A stretch of DNA of 64,000 nt from an uncultured Phycisphaerae bacterium (GTDB taxonomy: Bacteria > Planctomycetota > Phycisphaerae > Sedimentisphaerales > Anaerobacaceae). A program made the translations under genes and the position numbers. The notes beneath the pieces are model-generated. The model saw only the letters and a program-made list of their open reading frames with translations. It searched no databases and had not been told where the DNA came from. The stretch covers positions 133,799-197,798 of the forward strand of contig CAWHBY010000001.1 of assembly GCA_963827855.1 (NCBI GenBank), in the 5' to 3' direction. Position 1 is the first letter of the stretch. Every line of letters begins with the position of its first letter. Positions 28,952 through 37,588 of this stretch are shown here, piece after piece.

Positions 28952-30988
28952 TTATTCCAGGCTGATCGTCTCGCCGACCGTCATGATCTTGACAGGACAG
29001 GCGGCGTTGGGAACGAGGGTCTTGATCAAGGTGTCCTTCGTCGTGTTGTTCCAGTGCATGGGGATGGCCAGCTTGGGGTGGATCCACGCCGTGGCCGTGG
29101 CCGCCTCCATGGCGTTCATGGTGTACGTGGCGCCGACAGGCAGCATGGCCACATCAATGTCTTTGAGGGTCTTCATCTCCTCGATGAGGTCCGTGTCACC
29201 GGCGTGGTGGAGACGTCTTCCGGCGATCTCCACCACAAAGCCCACCCAGTTGCTGGTCTTGGGGTGATTGGACTTGTTGGTATTGTACGCAGGGACGGCG
29301 GCGATCGTCAGACCTCCGAGCGTGACGCTCTGGCCTTGGCCAAGGGATAGTCCTTTGCCGTAGGAACTGACCACGCTGGGCGGACCGATCAACTGCATCG
29401 CAGGACCTGCCACCTTGGTTATATCACCGGGAGAAAGGTGGTCACTGTGCGTGTGGGAGCACAGGATGTAGGTGGCGTCGTGGGGCGCGTCCGTGATCTG
29501 ATACGGATCGAGGTAGATCACTACCGTACTGGTCCAAATCTTGAACGAGGCGTGCCCCAGCCACTTGAGGGACACCCTTTCCTCGCGGTTCTCCAACCAA
29601 TGGCCGGCCAGGATCGCAAGGTCCAGGCCGTCGACCCGGCAGTCTCCATTGATGTCGCCCGCCACGATCGCTTCACAGGGCGCCTTGCCGAAGTACGACT
29701 TGCTTGCCTCTGCAGTGCCGCCGTAGAGGCCGACGTTGACCAAGCCGCCATTGGGGAAGGGTTCGAGTCCGATGGGTTCGACAGGGCTGCCTGCGTCGAT
29801 GCAGGGGCTGGTCTGGCCGTCCTGGATCCAGGCCTGGGCCTCGGAGTCCCAGCGGCCCGCCTGAGACCGCAGGTGATAGTCGCCGTCGACCCACCGGCCC
29901 TGGCTGTCCCAGGCGCCGGCCAGTGCAAACGAGGGATCTGCGGAGAGATTGCCGCCACCGTCGTGGTAGCTCAGGCCTGGCTGCACGCAGCAGTTGGCCA
30001 TCTGGCCCGCCAGCGAGGGCGTCGCAGGCGATGTGTCGGCGTTGTCCCACACGATGCAGTGCCTTGCGGTTGCAGGGATGAAGGACACCACGAGCGGGGT
30101 GTCGATCACGCACCCGGACAGGGCACTGTTGCCGACCAGGACACAGTGGGACAGGTCGATCTTGTCTGCGGACGAGGTCGAGCTGGCCTTGATGGCCCCT
30201 CCGGTATTGCCGGCCTTGTTGCCGGCCAGGACGCAGCGGCTCAGGGTGATGGATCCTGTCTTGCAGTGGATGGCGCCACCGTCCGTGAAGGCGTAGTTGC
30301 CGACCCAGCGGCACGCCGTCAGCGTGACGCTGCCGGCGACCACCAGGAGTCCGCCACCGCTTCTTGCCGCATTGGCCATGAAGGTACATTGGCTGATCAC
30401 GGGGCTGCCGCTGCTGACCACCACGCCGCCTCCGCCGCCTGCGCCGCCGTCTGTGCGGGGATTGCCGGTCCTGGTTTCCAGTCCTGCCGTGATCGTCACG
30501 CCGTCGAGGCAGGTGGCTGCATCGGCATTGGTCAGCGTGACCACGTCGTAGGCGTTGTCTGCCCGGGTCGTCTCGGTCCAGAGCCCGCAGGGATCCGCCA
30601 CATCCACGTCATTGGCCTTGAGGTCTCCGCTCAGGACAGTCTCGAACTTACCGATGTCCCTCAGGTTGGGGTCTGGCTGGGCCGCCCCCGCGTAGCCCCC
30701 TTTGCACGTGACGCCGGCCTTGAGCTGAAAGGTGGAGGTCCGATCCAGGGCCTTCGCACCGCTCCCCTGGTCAGGCCGGTACGTGCCTTGGGCCACCCGG
30801 ACCTCGTCACCGCTACTCGCGGCAGTCAGTGCGATGCGGAGGGTCTTGTAGGCGCTGGACCACGACGACCCATTGCCTGAGGTCGTCACGCCTGCATCGA
30901 CGTACAGGACCCTCGCGGAAAGGGGGCCGCTGGCCATCGCCATGAGCAAGAAGGATATCCAAGACCAAGGACGTACTGTGTGGTTCAT
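28952..30988 (-). CDS. Secreted right-handed beta-helix protein with a dockerin-like repeat, fused to a complete MBL-fold (UPF0173-like) hydrolase domain
   Basis: Start trimmed to ATG 30988 (MNHTVRPWSWISFLLMAMASGPLSA). Gly/Cys-rich beta-helix repeats (SGGGLLVVAGSVTLTACRWVGN, TDGGAIHCKTGSITLSRCVLAGN, TGGAIKAS). Dockerin-like GDINGDCRVDGLDLAILAGHW. Then LKWLGHASFKI..YLDPY..ILCSHTHSDHL..HHAGDT..MLPVG..IPMHW with no intervening stop. Confidence 0.75.
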   Translation of the reverse strand: MNHTVRPWSWISFLLMAMASGPLSARVLYVDAGVTTSGNGSSWSSAYKTLRIALTAASSGDEVRVAQGTYRPDQGSGAKALDRTSTFQLKAGVTCKGGYAGAAQPDPNLRDIGKFETVLSGDLKANDVDVADPCGLWTETTRADNAYDVVTLTNADAATCLDGVTITAGLETRTGNPRTDGGAGGGGGVVVSSGSPVISQCTFMANAARSGGGLLVVAGSVTLTACRWVGNYAFTDGGAIHCKTGSITLSRCVLAGNKAGNTGGAIKASSTSSADKIDLSHCVLVGNSALSGCVIDTPLVVSFIPATARHCIVWDNADTSPATPSLAGQMANCCVQPGLSYHDGGGNLSADPSFALAGAWDSQGRWVDGDYHLRSQAGRWDSEAQAWIQDGQTSPCIDAGSPVEPIGLEPFPNGGLVNVGLYGGTAEASKSYFGKAPCEAIVAGDINGDCRVDGLDLAILAGHWLENREERVSLKWLGHASFKIWTSTVVIYLDPYQITDAPHDATYILCSHTHSDHLSPGDITKVAGPAMQLIGPPSVVSSYGKGLSLGQGQSVTLGGLTIAAVPAYNTNKSNHPKTSNWVGFVVEIAGRRLHHAGDTDLIEEMKTLKDIDVAMLPVGATYTMNAMEAATATAWIHPKLAIPMHWNNTTKDTLIKTLVPNAACPVKIMTVGETISLE

Positions 30989-31148
30989 ACCCGTTCCCCT
31001 TTCATTGCCGGACATGCGCAGAGCCCTACTGGATTGACTCATGGGGCGTCCGAGAACCTCTTCAGTGTAAGCATTCGGAGAGGGCTATGTCAACCCGATC
31101 CAGGCCAAAAACTGCTGCGAGGGACGTCCGGATGCCGATATTACTGCT

Positions 31149-31907
31149 ATGAGAAACGCTCTGCAGGACAGGGTCAGGCCCGGCACGGCCAGGCCTGAGG
31201 CTGACGAGGATCGAAGGAAGTGTCCCTTCTGTGGGGAGATGATCCAGACAGAGGCGGTCAAGTGCCGGTATTGCCGCGAATTCCTCGAAGATCCCGATAT
31301 CCTGCCGGTCTCACGCCACGCAGTGCGACCGGGGGCCCAGAAGGTGGGCGTCGGACAGGAGACCGATCCGGTGGATGCGGACGAGGAGTCCCCGACGATC
31401 CTCACGCCTTCGCTATGGGCCATGACGGACTCCGCGTGGAAGGGGGCCTGCATACTGGCTGTGGCCATCTTCGTGCTGGCCCTTCCGATTGAGCGATGGG
31501 TCCTGGTCTTCAAAGGGTTGTCGGATAGCGCCATCCGAGGCATGGCCCAGACGATCAATCTTGCGGCCGAGGGTACGATCGTCGTAGTCCTGGTCTGGCT
31601 GGGCCTGCGGGCTGCGTTTCTGCGGAGCATCCATTACGAGATCAGTCCGGACCGGATCGAGTGGGCCAGGGGCCTGTTCAGCCGCGAGATCGACAACATC
31701 GACATGTTCCGCGTGATCGACATCAAGCTCCATCGCTCCATCCTGGACTGCATCACCGGCGTCGGCACAGTCACGGTGATGACCAAGGACGACAGCGACC
31801 CGACCTTCCAGTTCGAGAAGGTCAGGAATCCCCGCCGGCTCTATGACGCGATCAAACACGCCACGCTCGAAGCGGACAGGCGCCAGGGCGTGGTGCACAT
31901 CGAATAA
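31149..31907 (+). CDS. Zinc-ribbon plus membrane-anchored bacterial PH (bPH_2/YdbT-like) domain protein
   Basis: CPFCGEMIQ..CRYCREF zinc ribbon. Two hydrophobic helices. C-terminal ISPDRIEWARGLFSREIDNIDMFRVIDIKLHRSILDCITGVGTVTV matches the bPH_2 pattern. Confidence 0.65.
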   Translation: MRNALQDRVRPGTARPEADEDRRKCPFCGEMIQTEAVKCRYCREFLEDPDILPVSRHAVRPGAQKVGVGQETDPVDADEESPTILTPSLWAMTDSAWKGACILAVAIFVLALPIERWVLVFKGLSDSAIRGMAQTINLAAEGTIVVVLVWLGLRAAFLRSIHYEISPDRIEWARGLFSREIDNIDMFRVIDIKLHRSILDCITGVGTVTVMTKDDSDPTFQFEKVRNPRRLYDAIKHATLEADRRQGVVHIE

Positions 31908-31913
31908 GACAAG

Positions 31914-31989
31914 AAGTAAGATGCAGGATGCAGGAAGTAAGATCCGGCGATCGCCTCGTGTCTCTTACCTCTTACCTCTTACCTCTGGT
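31914..31989. repeat. Tandem heptamer arrays flanking a GC palindrome between convergent genes
   Basis: AAGTAAG ATGCAGG ATGCAGG AAGTAAG (31914-31941). GGCGATCGCC palindrome (31946-31955). CTCTTAC x3 plus CTCTGGT (31962-31989). GTAAGA (31937-42) can pair with TCTTAC (31963-68). Confidence 0.85.
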
Positions 31990-33715
31990 CGGCGGATGGC
32001 GTGATCGCTTCCCATTCGATGTTCGATGCCCCGAGCAGCGTGCCTGTGGCGTAGGCCAGGTCCACCAGGGCGATCTGATAGTCGGTCAGGGCCGAGATCT
32101 CGGTGCTCTGGGCGTTGGCCAGGCTGGCCTGGGCATTGAGCACGTCCGTGGAGGTCCGCAGCCCCAGCTCGAACTGCCGTTTCTCGGCTTCATACAGGCG
32201 GCCGGCCAGGACGGTATTCTGCTGTCCCGCCAGTATCCGCTGCCAGTTGGCCTCCAGTCCTGACACCGCGTTGAGGACCTCCTGCTCGATCTGGGCCCTG
32301 CGGCTCTCCCGCGTGGCCAGCCGCTGACACTTCTGGTACACGGCCTGCCGGACGCGGCTCTTGGCAGCCTCATTGCCTATGGGGATCTGGAGTTTCAGTC
32401 CCAGGCGGTTGTCTGAGAAACGATTCTCCCCCAGCATGCTCCAGGAGTCCTCGCGTGAGGCGCCCATGCCGTTGAGATTGTAGTTGTAGTCGAACACGAC
32501 TGAGGGCAGGGACAGGTCTCGCTGGTAGTCGACGTTGAGGCTGTCTTGTGCCAATCGGAGCTCCAGTTCGAGCATCTCCATACGGTTGTGGATGGCAGAA
32601 TCCACCAACTGGTCGGACCTCAGGTCATAGCGAACCGGCGTCGGCTCCGTCATGGGGACCACGGCCGTGGGACTCTGCATACCCAGGGCGGCCTGATTGA
32701 TCTGCCGCTTCAGCGATCTTTGGCGATTCTCGAGATTGTTCTCCGCAACGATGATGGCCTCCAACTGCTGGGCCACGCCGGCCTGCGCCCTGACGACCTC
32801 CACGGGCGCCCGATCGCCCTTGTCGACGCATCGCCGGGCCTGATCCAGTTGCGCCTTGGCTAGGTCCAATTGCTGACGCCGGACATCCAGCTCCTTGCGG
32901 GCAGCCACCAGTCGCCAGTACGACCGGTCCAGCTCCGCAGTCAGCCGGATGACCTCCAGCCGGGTCTGGGCGTCCGTGATCCGCCGGTCCAGGGTCGCGA
33001 CCTGGATGCTATACGTCGCGACTTTGGAGCCCAGCCCGCGGAGCAGTGGCTGGCTGATCGAGAATGTGAGGTCAGAGCCGTAGTACGGATTGAACTGGGT
33101 CTGCAGGGCGTCGGTCCGCGTGCGGCTGTCGGTCGCCCTCATGGACACGGTCCCGCCTGTCTCCAGGGGCTTCTGGACGCCAAGGTCGGTATACAGGGAT
33201 TCCACCTGGGACCCATAGATCTCATCGTAAAACGAGATGGCCGGCGTATCGCTCTTGGAAAGGGTGGTGTTGGCGGAGAAGCTGGCCTCGAACTTGGCCC
33301 GTTCCTGTCTGACGCGTTCGGCCGAGAGCGTGGGGTTGATCAGGGTGGCCTTGAGTTCCAGGTTATTCTGCAGAGCCATGGCCCTGCACTGCTCCAGGGT
33401 CAGCTCCAGCGAGGCCGAGGGAGGGGTGAAAAGCTCGACGATATTGGGCTCAGCGGCCTGCGGGGGCGCCACCTGAAGCCTGAGCGGCTCGATCTGCTTG
33501 AGCGGTCGATCGGCGGCGACCTTAGCCGCAGAGCCGCCGATCCCGAACACCCCGTCACACCCCGCCAGCAGAACCAGTCCGAAGGCCAGGGCCAAGGCCA
33601 AGGCGCATGCCCAGAGGCCGGCGCAATGGTGTCTGCTCCCCACCCTCCTGTCTCCTGTCTCCTGTCTCCTGGGTCCTGAGTTCTGTGTTCTGTGTTCTGT
33701 GTTCAAACTACTCAT
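31979..33715 (-). CDS. TolC/OprM-family outer-membrane efflux lipoprotein
   Basis: Two outer-membrane-efflux-protein repeats (LTLEQCRAMALQNNLELKA.., LDLAKAQLDQARRCVDKGDRAPVEVVRAQ..). Lipobox LVLLAGC. Start is ambiguous: ATG 33715 overlaps the upstream stop, while GTG 33643 (VGSRHHCAGLWACALALALAFGLVLLAGC) gives a normal lipoprotein leader. Confidence 0.8.
   Translation of the reverse strand: MSSLNTEHRTQNSGPRRQETGDRRVGSRHHCAGLWACALALALAFGLVLLAGCDGVFGIGGSAAKVAADRPLKQIEPLRLQVAPPQAAEPNIVELFTPPSASLELTLEQCRAMALQNNLELKATLINPTLSAERVRQERAKFEASFSANTTLSKSDTPAISFYDEIYGSQVESLYTDLGVQKPLETGGTVSMRATDSRTRTDALQTQFNPYYGSDLTFSISQPLLRGLGSKVATYSIQVATLDRRITDAQTRLEVIRLTAELDRSYWRLVAARKELDVRRQQLDLAKAQLDQARRCVDKGDRAPVEVVRAQAGVAQQLEAIIVAENNLENRQRSLKRQINQAALGMQSPTAVVPMTEPTPVRYDLRSDQLVDSAIHNRMEMLELELRLAQDSLNVDYQRDLSLPSVVFDYNYNLNGMGASREDSWSMLGENRFSDNRLGLKLQIPIGNEAAKSRVRQAVYQKCQRLATRESRRAQIEQEVLNAVSGLEANWQRILAGQQNTVLAGRLYEAEKRQFELGLRTSTDVLNAQASLANAQSTEISALTDYQIALVDLAYATGTLLGASNIEWEAITPSADQR
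33645..33707. repeat. Nine in-register tandem heptamers at the permease/TolC junction
   Basis: Plus strand: CTCCTGT x3, CTCCTGG, GTCCTGA, GTTCTGT x3, GTTCAAA. On the coding (minus) strand this reads TTTGAAC, ACAGAAC x3, TCAGGAC, CCAGGAG, ACAGGAG x3. Confidence 0.9.
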
Positions 33716-34976
33716 GTCTGAGGGCCTCAATCGGATCGAGCCGGGCGGCCTTGATGGCCGGGAACATGCCAAAGCAGATGCCTACGGTGCACGAGAACGC
33801 AATTGCCAGAACCGTGACCTGCCACGGGATATAGGCCATGTCCACGAACTTCGCCATGCTGGCGATGGCCTTCGTCAGGAGTTGTCCGAGGCCCAGGCCA
33901 ATCATCCCGCCCACCATGCAGATAACCATGGCCTCGATCAGGAACTGGGTCAGGATCGCGGATCTGCGGGCACCCACGGCCTTGCGGAGTCCGATCTCCC
34001 GGGTCCTTTCGGAGACAGAGACCAGCATGATGTTCATGATGCCGATCCCTCCGACCAGGAGCGAGATGCCCGCGATTCCGCCACCCGCCAGCCTCAGGTA
34101 CAGGGCCACGCGGTTGAATCCCCTCAGCTCGTTCTCCATGGACAGCAGATTGAACGTGTCCGGCTCACCAGGGCTGACGTGACGGGTGCGGCGGAAGAAG
34201 AACCGCAGCTCTGCCAGGGCGTCTTCCGACGCCTCCGAGGTGCGGCTCTCTGCGCGGGCATCGATCCAGGGGTCGCGGTTCAGCTTGAGGCCCGTGTGGA
34301 AGGGAATGAACATCTCGATGTTCTCGCCGTCTCCGCCGCTGAACATGGAGCTGGGCCTGGCCTCCAGGAGTCCCACGATGATGAAGGTATTGTAGCCTAC
34401 GAGGATGGACTGGCCGATGCAGTCCTTGTCCAGCTCCAGCTTGTCCCGCAGCTTGGGATCGATCAGACAGACCTGCCTGGCCTGTATCTCGTCCATTTCC
34501 GAAATCAGGCGGCCCAGCGTCACGGTCTTTCCCTGGATCAGATGGCAGGCCGGCTCCGCGCACGTAACGCCCACCCCCTCCACGGACTTCTCGCGACGGG
34601 TGACGGTCTGCCGGCCCAGCCCGGTCTGCATCCCGAAGCGTGAGACCGAGGGACAATGCGTCAGTAGGTTGTCGAACTGCTCGGGTCGCATCCGGAGATC
34701 CCACCAGCCGGCATTCTTCATGGGACCCGTGTTGGGACGCGTGGGCCAGATGAAGATCAGGTTGGTCCCGAACGTGGACTTGACCTCGGAGAGGATCTTG
34801 GCCTTCATCCCGCTGATCGCCGCTACGACCGCAGTCACGGACGCGACCGCGATGATGATCCCCAACATGGTCAGAAAGGACCGCATCTTGTTGGCCCAGA
34901 TCTGGCCGAGGGCCAGGAAGATGCTCTGGTACAGAAACCGCATGAAGGCCACGATCGACGTCATCACGATCCTCAT
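33708..34976 (-). CDS. macB: MacB-type ABC transporter permease (FtsX-like with a large periplasmic domain)
   Basis: 422 aa. N-terminal TM (ANKMRSFLTMLGIIIAVASVTAV), a periplasmic domain of about 220 aa, then three C-terminal TMs with RTREIGLRKAVGA. The start overlaps the ATPase stop (ATGA). Confidence 0.8.
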   Translation of the reverse strand: MRIVMTSIVAFMRFLYQSIFLALGQIWANKMRSFLTMLGIIIAVASVTAVVAAISGMKAKILSEVKSTFGTNLIFIWPTRPNTGPMKNAGWWDLRMRPEQFDNLLTHCPSVSRFGMQTGLGRQTVTRREKSVEGVGVTCAEPACHLIQGKTVTLGRLISEMDEIQARQVCLIDPKLRDKLELDKDCIGQSILVGYNTFIIVGLLEARPSSMFSGGDGENIEMFIPFHTGLKLNRDPWIDARAESRTSEASEDALAELRFFFRRTRHVSPGEPDTFNLLSMENELRGFNRVALYLRLAGGGIAGISLLVGGIGIMNIMLVSVSERTREIGLRKAVGARRSAILTQFLIEAMVICMVGGMIGLGLGQLLTKAIASMAKFVDMAYIPWQVTVLAIAFSCTVGICFGMFPAIKAARLDPIEALRHE

Positions 34977-35710
34977 CGCTTCTCCTCCTGGCCCAGGGGG
35001 TGGCTGATCCGGTCCTTGTCGACCGGCAGATCACTCAAGACCTTCCCGTCCCTCATCCGGATGATCCGTTCTGCGTGGCGGGCGATGTCGTCCTCGTGGG
35101 TGACCATGATGATCGTCTGCCCTTCCTTGTGGAGCCTATCGAACAGGCCCATGATCTCCTCGCTCGTGTGCGTGTCGAGGTTGCCGGTAGGCTCATCGGC
35201 CAGCAGGATGCTGGGCTTGTTGATCAGGGCCCGCGCGATGGCCACCCGCTGTTTCTCGCCGCCGGAGAGCTGGTTGGGCTTGTGCTTGACACGGTCTGCC
35301 AGCCCCACCCGCTCCAGGGCCTCTGTGGCGAGCTTGCGCCGCGAGACCCAGCCGTTGCGGGAGTAGATCAAGGGAAGCTCCACGTTCCTGACTGCGCTCA
35401 TCTGCCCGAGCAGCTCATAGGACTGGAACACGAACCCGATCCGCTCATTGCGGACCCTGGCGAGGTCTGCGTCGCCCATGGTCGTCGTATCCTGGCCGTC
35501 CAGGTAGTACTTGCCCGACGTGGCCCGATCCAGGCAGCCCAGCACGTTCATCATCGTGCTTTTGCCAGATCCGGAGTGTCCCATGATGGCCACGTACTCG
35601 TTGCGGCGGAGCTCCAGGCTGACCCCATCGAGGGCGCGGATGGACTCTACACCCACGATGTAAACGCGGGCTGCGTTCTCCAGACGGATGATGACATCGT
35701 TGTTGGGCAT
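34973..35710 (-). CDS. MacB/LolD-type ABC transporter ATP-binding protein
   Basis: Walker A GHSGSGKSTMMN, Q-loop FVFQSYEL, signature LSGGEKQRVAIARAL, Walker B ILLADEPTGNLD. Confidence 0.9.
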   Translation of the reverse strand: MPNNDVIIRLENAARVYIVGVESIRALDGVSLELRRNEYVAIMGHSGSGKSTMMNVLGCLDRATSGKYYLDGQDTTTMGDADLARVRNERIGFVFQSYELLGQMSAVRNVELPLIYSRNGWVSRRKLATEALERVGLADRVKHKPNQLSGGEKQRVAIARALINKPSILLADEPTGNLDTHTSEEIMGLFDRLHKEGQTIIMVTHEDDIARHAERIIRMRDGKVLSDLPVDKDRISHPLGQEEKR

Positions 35711-35799
35711 TGGTTGTTGGTTATCGGTTATTGGTTCCTGGTCATTGGTTCACAAGCCACTGGCCACCCACAGCTCATAGCTCATAGCTCATAGCTCGC
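35709..35799. repeat. Two tandem heptamer arrays in the adaptor/ATPase intergenic region
   Basis: Plus strand: ATTGGTT GTTGGTT ATCGGTT ATTGGTT CCTGGTC ATTGGTT (35709-35750, running into the ATG of the ATPase gene) and AGCTCAT x3 plus AGCTCGC (35772-35799). Confidence 0.9.
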
Positions 35800-35805
35800 G
35801 GTCCG

Positions 35806-37230
35806 TCACTTCTTGCCTGAGGCCGTCTTGTTGGGGTCTGGGGCGTTGGGCTCTTTCTTCTTCTTGTCCTTCTCGACATCCTTCTCGTCCTTGATGGCCT
35901 CATCCTGCTTCAGGCCGTCCAGTGCGCGGTAGGGGCCCACGATGACCTTGTCCTTGTCGGACAGGCCTGCCTCGATGATCGTATGGGTCAGGTTGCTGGA
36001 ACCGATCTTGACGGGCGTGATGGCCGCCTTGCCGTCTGTCGCAAGGTAGACCACGGGCGTGAAGGTCTTGTCTTTCTGGACCTCCGGTGCATTGCGGCTG
36101 GCCAGCGGAAGGTCATCTACGGGCCGGGCCAGGACTGCCTGGCTGGGCACGGTCAGGACGTCCTCGTGCTTGACCGTCTCGATCTCCACCTGGGCGCGAA
36201 GGCCGCCGTACAGCTTGGGGCCATTGGGATCGTAGTCCAGCAGGATCTCGACCCTGAAGTAGTCGGTCCCCGTCAGCGAGGTGACCCTGCGGGGCAGGTC
36301 GTTCTTGGTCAGTGCGATCTCGATGACCTCGCCGGACCATACCTTGTCCGGATAGGCCTGGATCCTGACCTTGGCCTTCTGGCCGACCTTCAGCTTTCCC
36401 ACGTCCGCCTCCGCCACCTGGGCCAGGACCAGCATCTGCGAGAGGTCCGCCACCTCCATGATCACGGTGCCGGGATTGTTCATGGTCCCCGTCATGACCA
36501 TCTCACCGACTGCCGCATTGACGCGGGTGACGATGCCGTCGATGGGCGAGACGATCGTGGTATGGCTGAGGGCCTCCTCGGCCTGGGCGATGTCTGCGTC
36601 CGCGCCCTCGAGGTTGTGCTGCATGACCTCCAGGTTCCTCTCCGAGGCTGTCAAGGAGAGCTGCTCGGCCTGGAATTGCGAGGCAGTCTCATCGTATTTG
36701 AGTCTGGCCTGATCGTAGGTGGACTGGCTGACGTCCTTGGACTGAAGCAGGTCCTGCTGCCGCTTGAGGTCCCGCTCGACCTGCTGGACCGTGGCGGAAC
36801 GGCCTTTGAGGCTTTCCTTTTGGCTGGCCAGCCTCGCCCTCTCCACGAGGATCTGGGAGGCCTGGGCTTCGCGCCTCGATTGGGCGTAACGCAGCCGGGT
36901 ATCGAGGTCCTTGGAATCCAGTCGGACCAGGAGGGACGCGGGGGTCGCCGGCGTGCCACAGGGATCCCCCTTGGTGACCTTGTCGCCTCCCTTGAATGGC
37001 ATCTCGACGATCCGGGCCGAGACCTTGGCGGAGATCTGGACGTTGGTCTTGGGGTCGATCTGACCTGGGGCACTGACGGACTCGATCAACTCTCCCTTGG
37101 CGGGCTCTTCGATGCGTACCACGGTAGGCTTGGCTGCCCCACTCTTGGCCGCCCAGAATCGCCAGCCGACGAACGCCGCGATCAGCCCGATCACGCCTAC
37201 CCAGATCAATACCTTGCGAGACCTCTTCAC
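35806..37230 (-). CDS. macA: Efflux periplasmic adaptor (MacA/HlyD family)
   Basis: GTG start with a GGGAAAGG RBS. N-terminal TM VLIWVGVIGLIAAFVGW. Lipoyl-like motifs (VSARIVEMPFKGGDKVTKGD, TTIVSPIDGIVTRVNAAVGEMV). Long coiled-coil. Lys-rich tail. Confidence 0.85.
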   Translation of the reverse strand: MKRSRKVLIWVGVIGLIAAFVGWRFWAAKSGAAKPTVVRIEEPAKGELIESVSAPGQIDPKTNVQISAKVSARIVEMPFKGGDKVTKGDPCGTPATPASLLVRLDSKDLDTRLRYAQSRREAQASQILVERARLASQKESLKGRSATVQQVERDLKRQQDLLQSKDVSQSTYDQARLKYDETASQFQAEQLSLTASERNLEVMQHNLEGADADIAQAEEALSHTTIVSPIDGIVTRVNAAVGEMVMTGTMNNPGTVIMEVADLSQMLVLAQVAEADVGKLKVGQKAKVRIQAYPDKVWSGEVIEIALTKNDLPRRVTSLTGTDYFRVEILLDYDPNGPKLYGGLRAQVEIETVKHEDVLTVPSQAVLARPVDDLPLASRNAPEVQKDKTFTPVVYLATDGKAAITPVKIGSSNLTHTIIEAGLSDKDKVIVGPYRALDGLKQDEAIKDEKDVEKDKKKKEPNAPDPNKTASGKK

Positions 37231-37588
37231 TGGCAGACCTTTCCCAAAAACCGATCTCTTCAGACGGTCTAAAGACGTCTATTCTACCTCTATTAGACGC
37301 CCAGCACCATCATTCGTTACATCGGGTCGCGCCAAATTCACTCACTTCGGAAGGGCCGGCGTCTGGGGCCACCTGGACCCCTCTCCATGCGGGGCGTGGA
37401 TCGGGTCCTCTCGCGGGCGCCAGACCCGACATTGAGACTTCCTGGGGAGCCTTCTGTGTGATACAGTATTCGGTGATTCAATGGTGGTGGTCCATGAGTC
37501 GAGTGATCTTGTTTTGTAGCTGCGTGCATTGCTCCCGGCGCTGCTGGAAAGGCAGGCGCGAGGAGAACTCCCTTGGGAGGAGCCGTCT

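Noticed and set aside
29600-29640. The beta-helix/MBL ORF being two separate genes (the MBL part starting at the GTG of ..RVSLKW..)
   Set aside because: There is no stop codon between the modules in the given sequence, and the GAGGAAAGG purine tract abuts the GTG with no spacer. I kept it as a fusion but flagged it for read-level verification.
31946-31955. GGCGATCGCC contains the cyanobacterial HIP1 octamer GCGATCGC, which together with STRR-like heptamers hints at a cyanobacterial origin
   Set aside because: I noticed only a single occurrence. The GC content and gene content (LTD-CotH, PmoA-like/Gfo, DUF134, DGC) do not look cyanobacterial. I treat it as coincidence.
37262-37300. AGACG-containing repeats (AGACGGTCT, AGACGTCT, TAGACGCC) upstream of macA as an operator
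   Set aside because: These are short, imperfect and irregularly spaced, with no adjacent regulator gene. The evidence is too weak to call.
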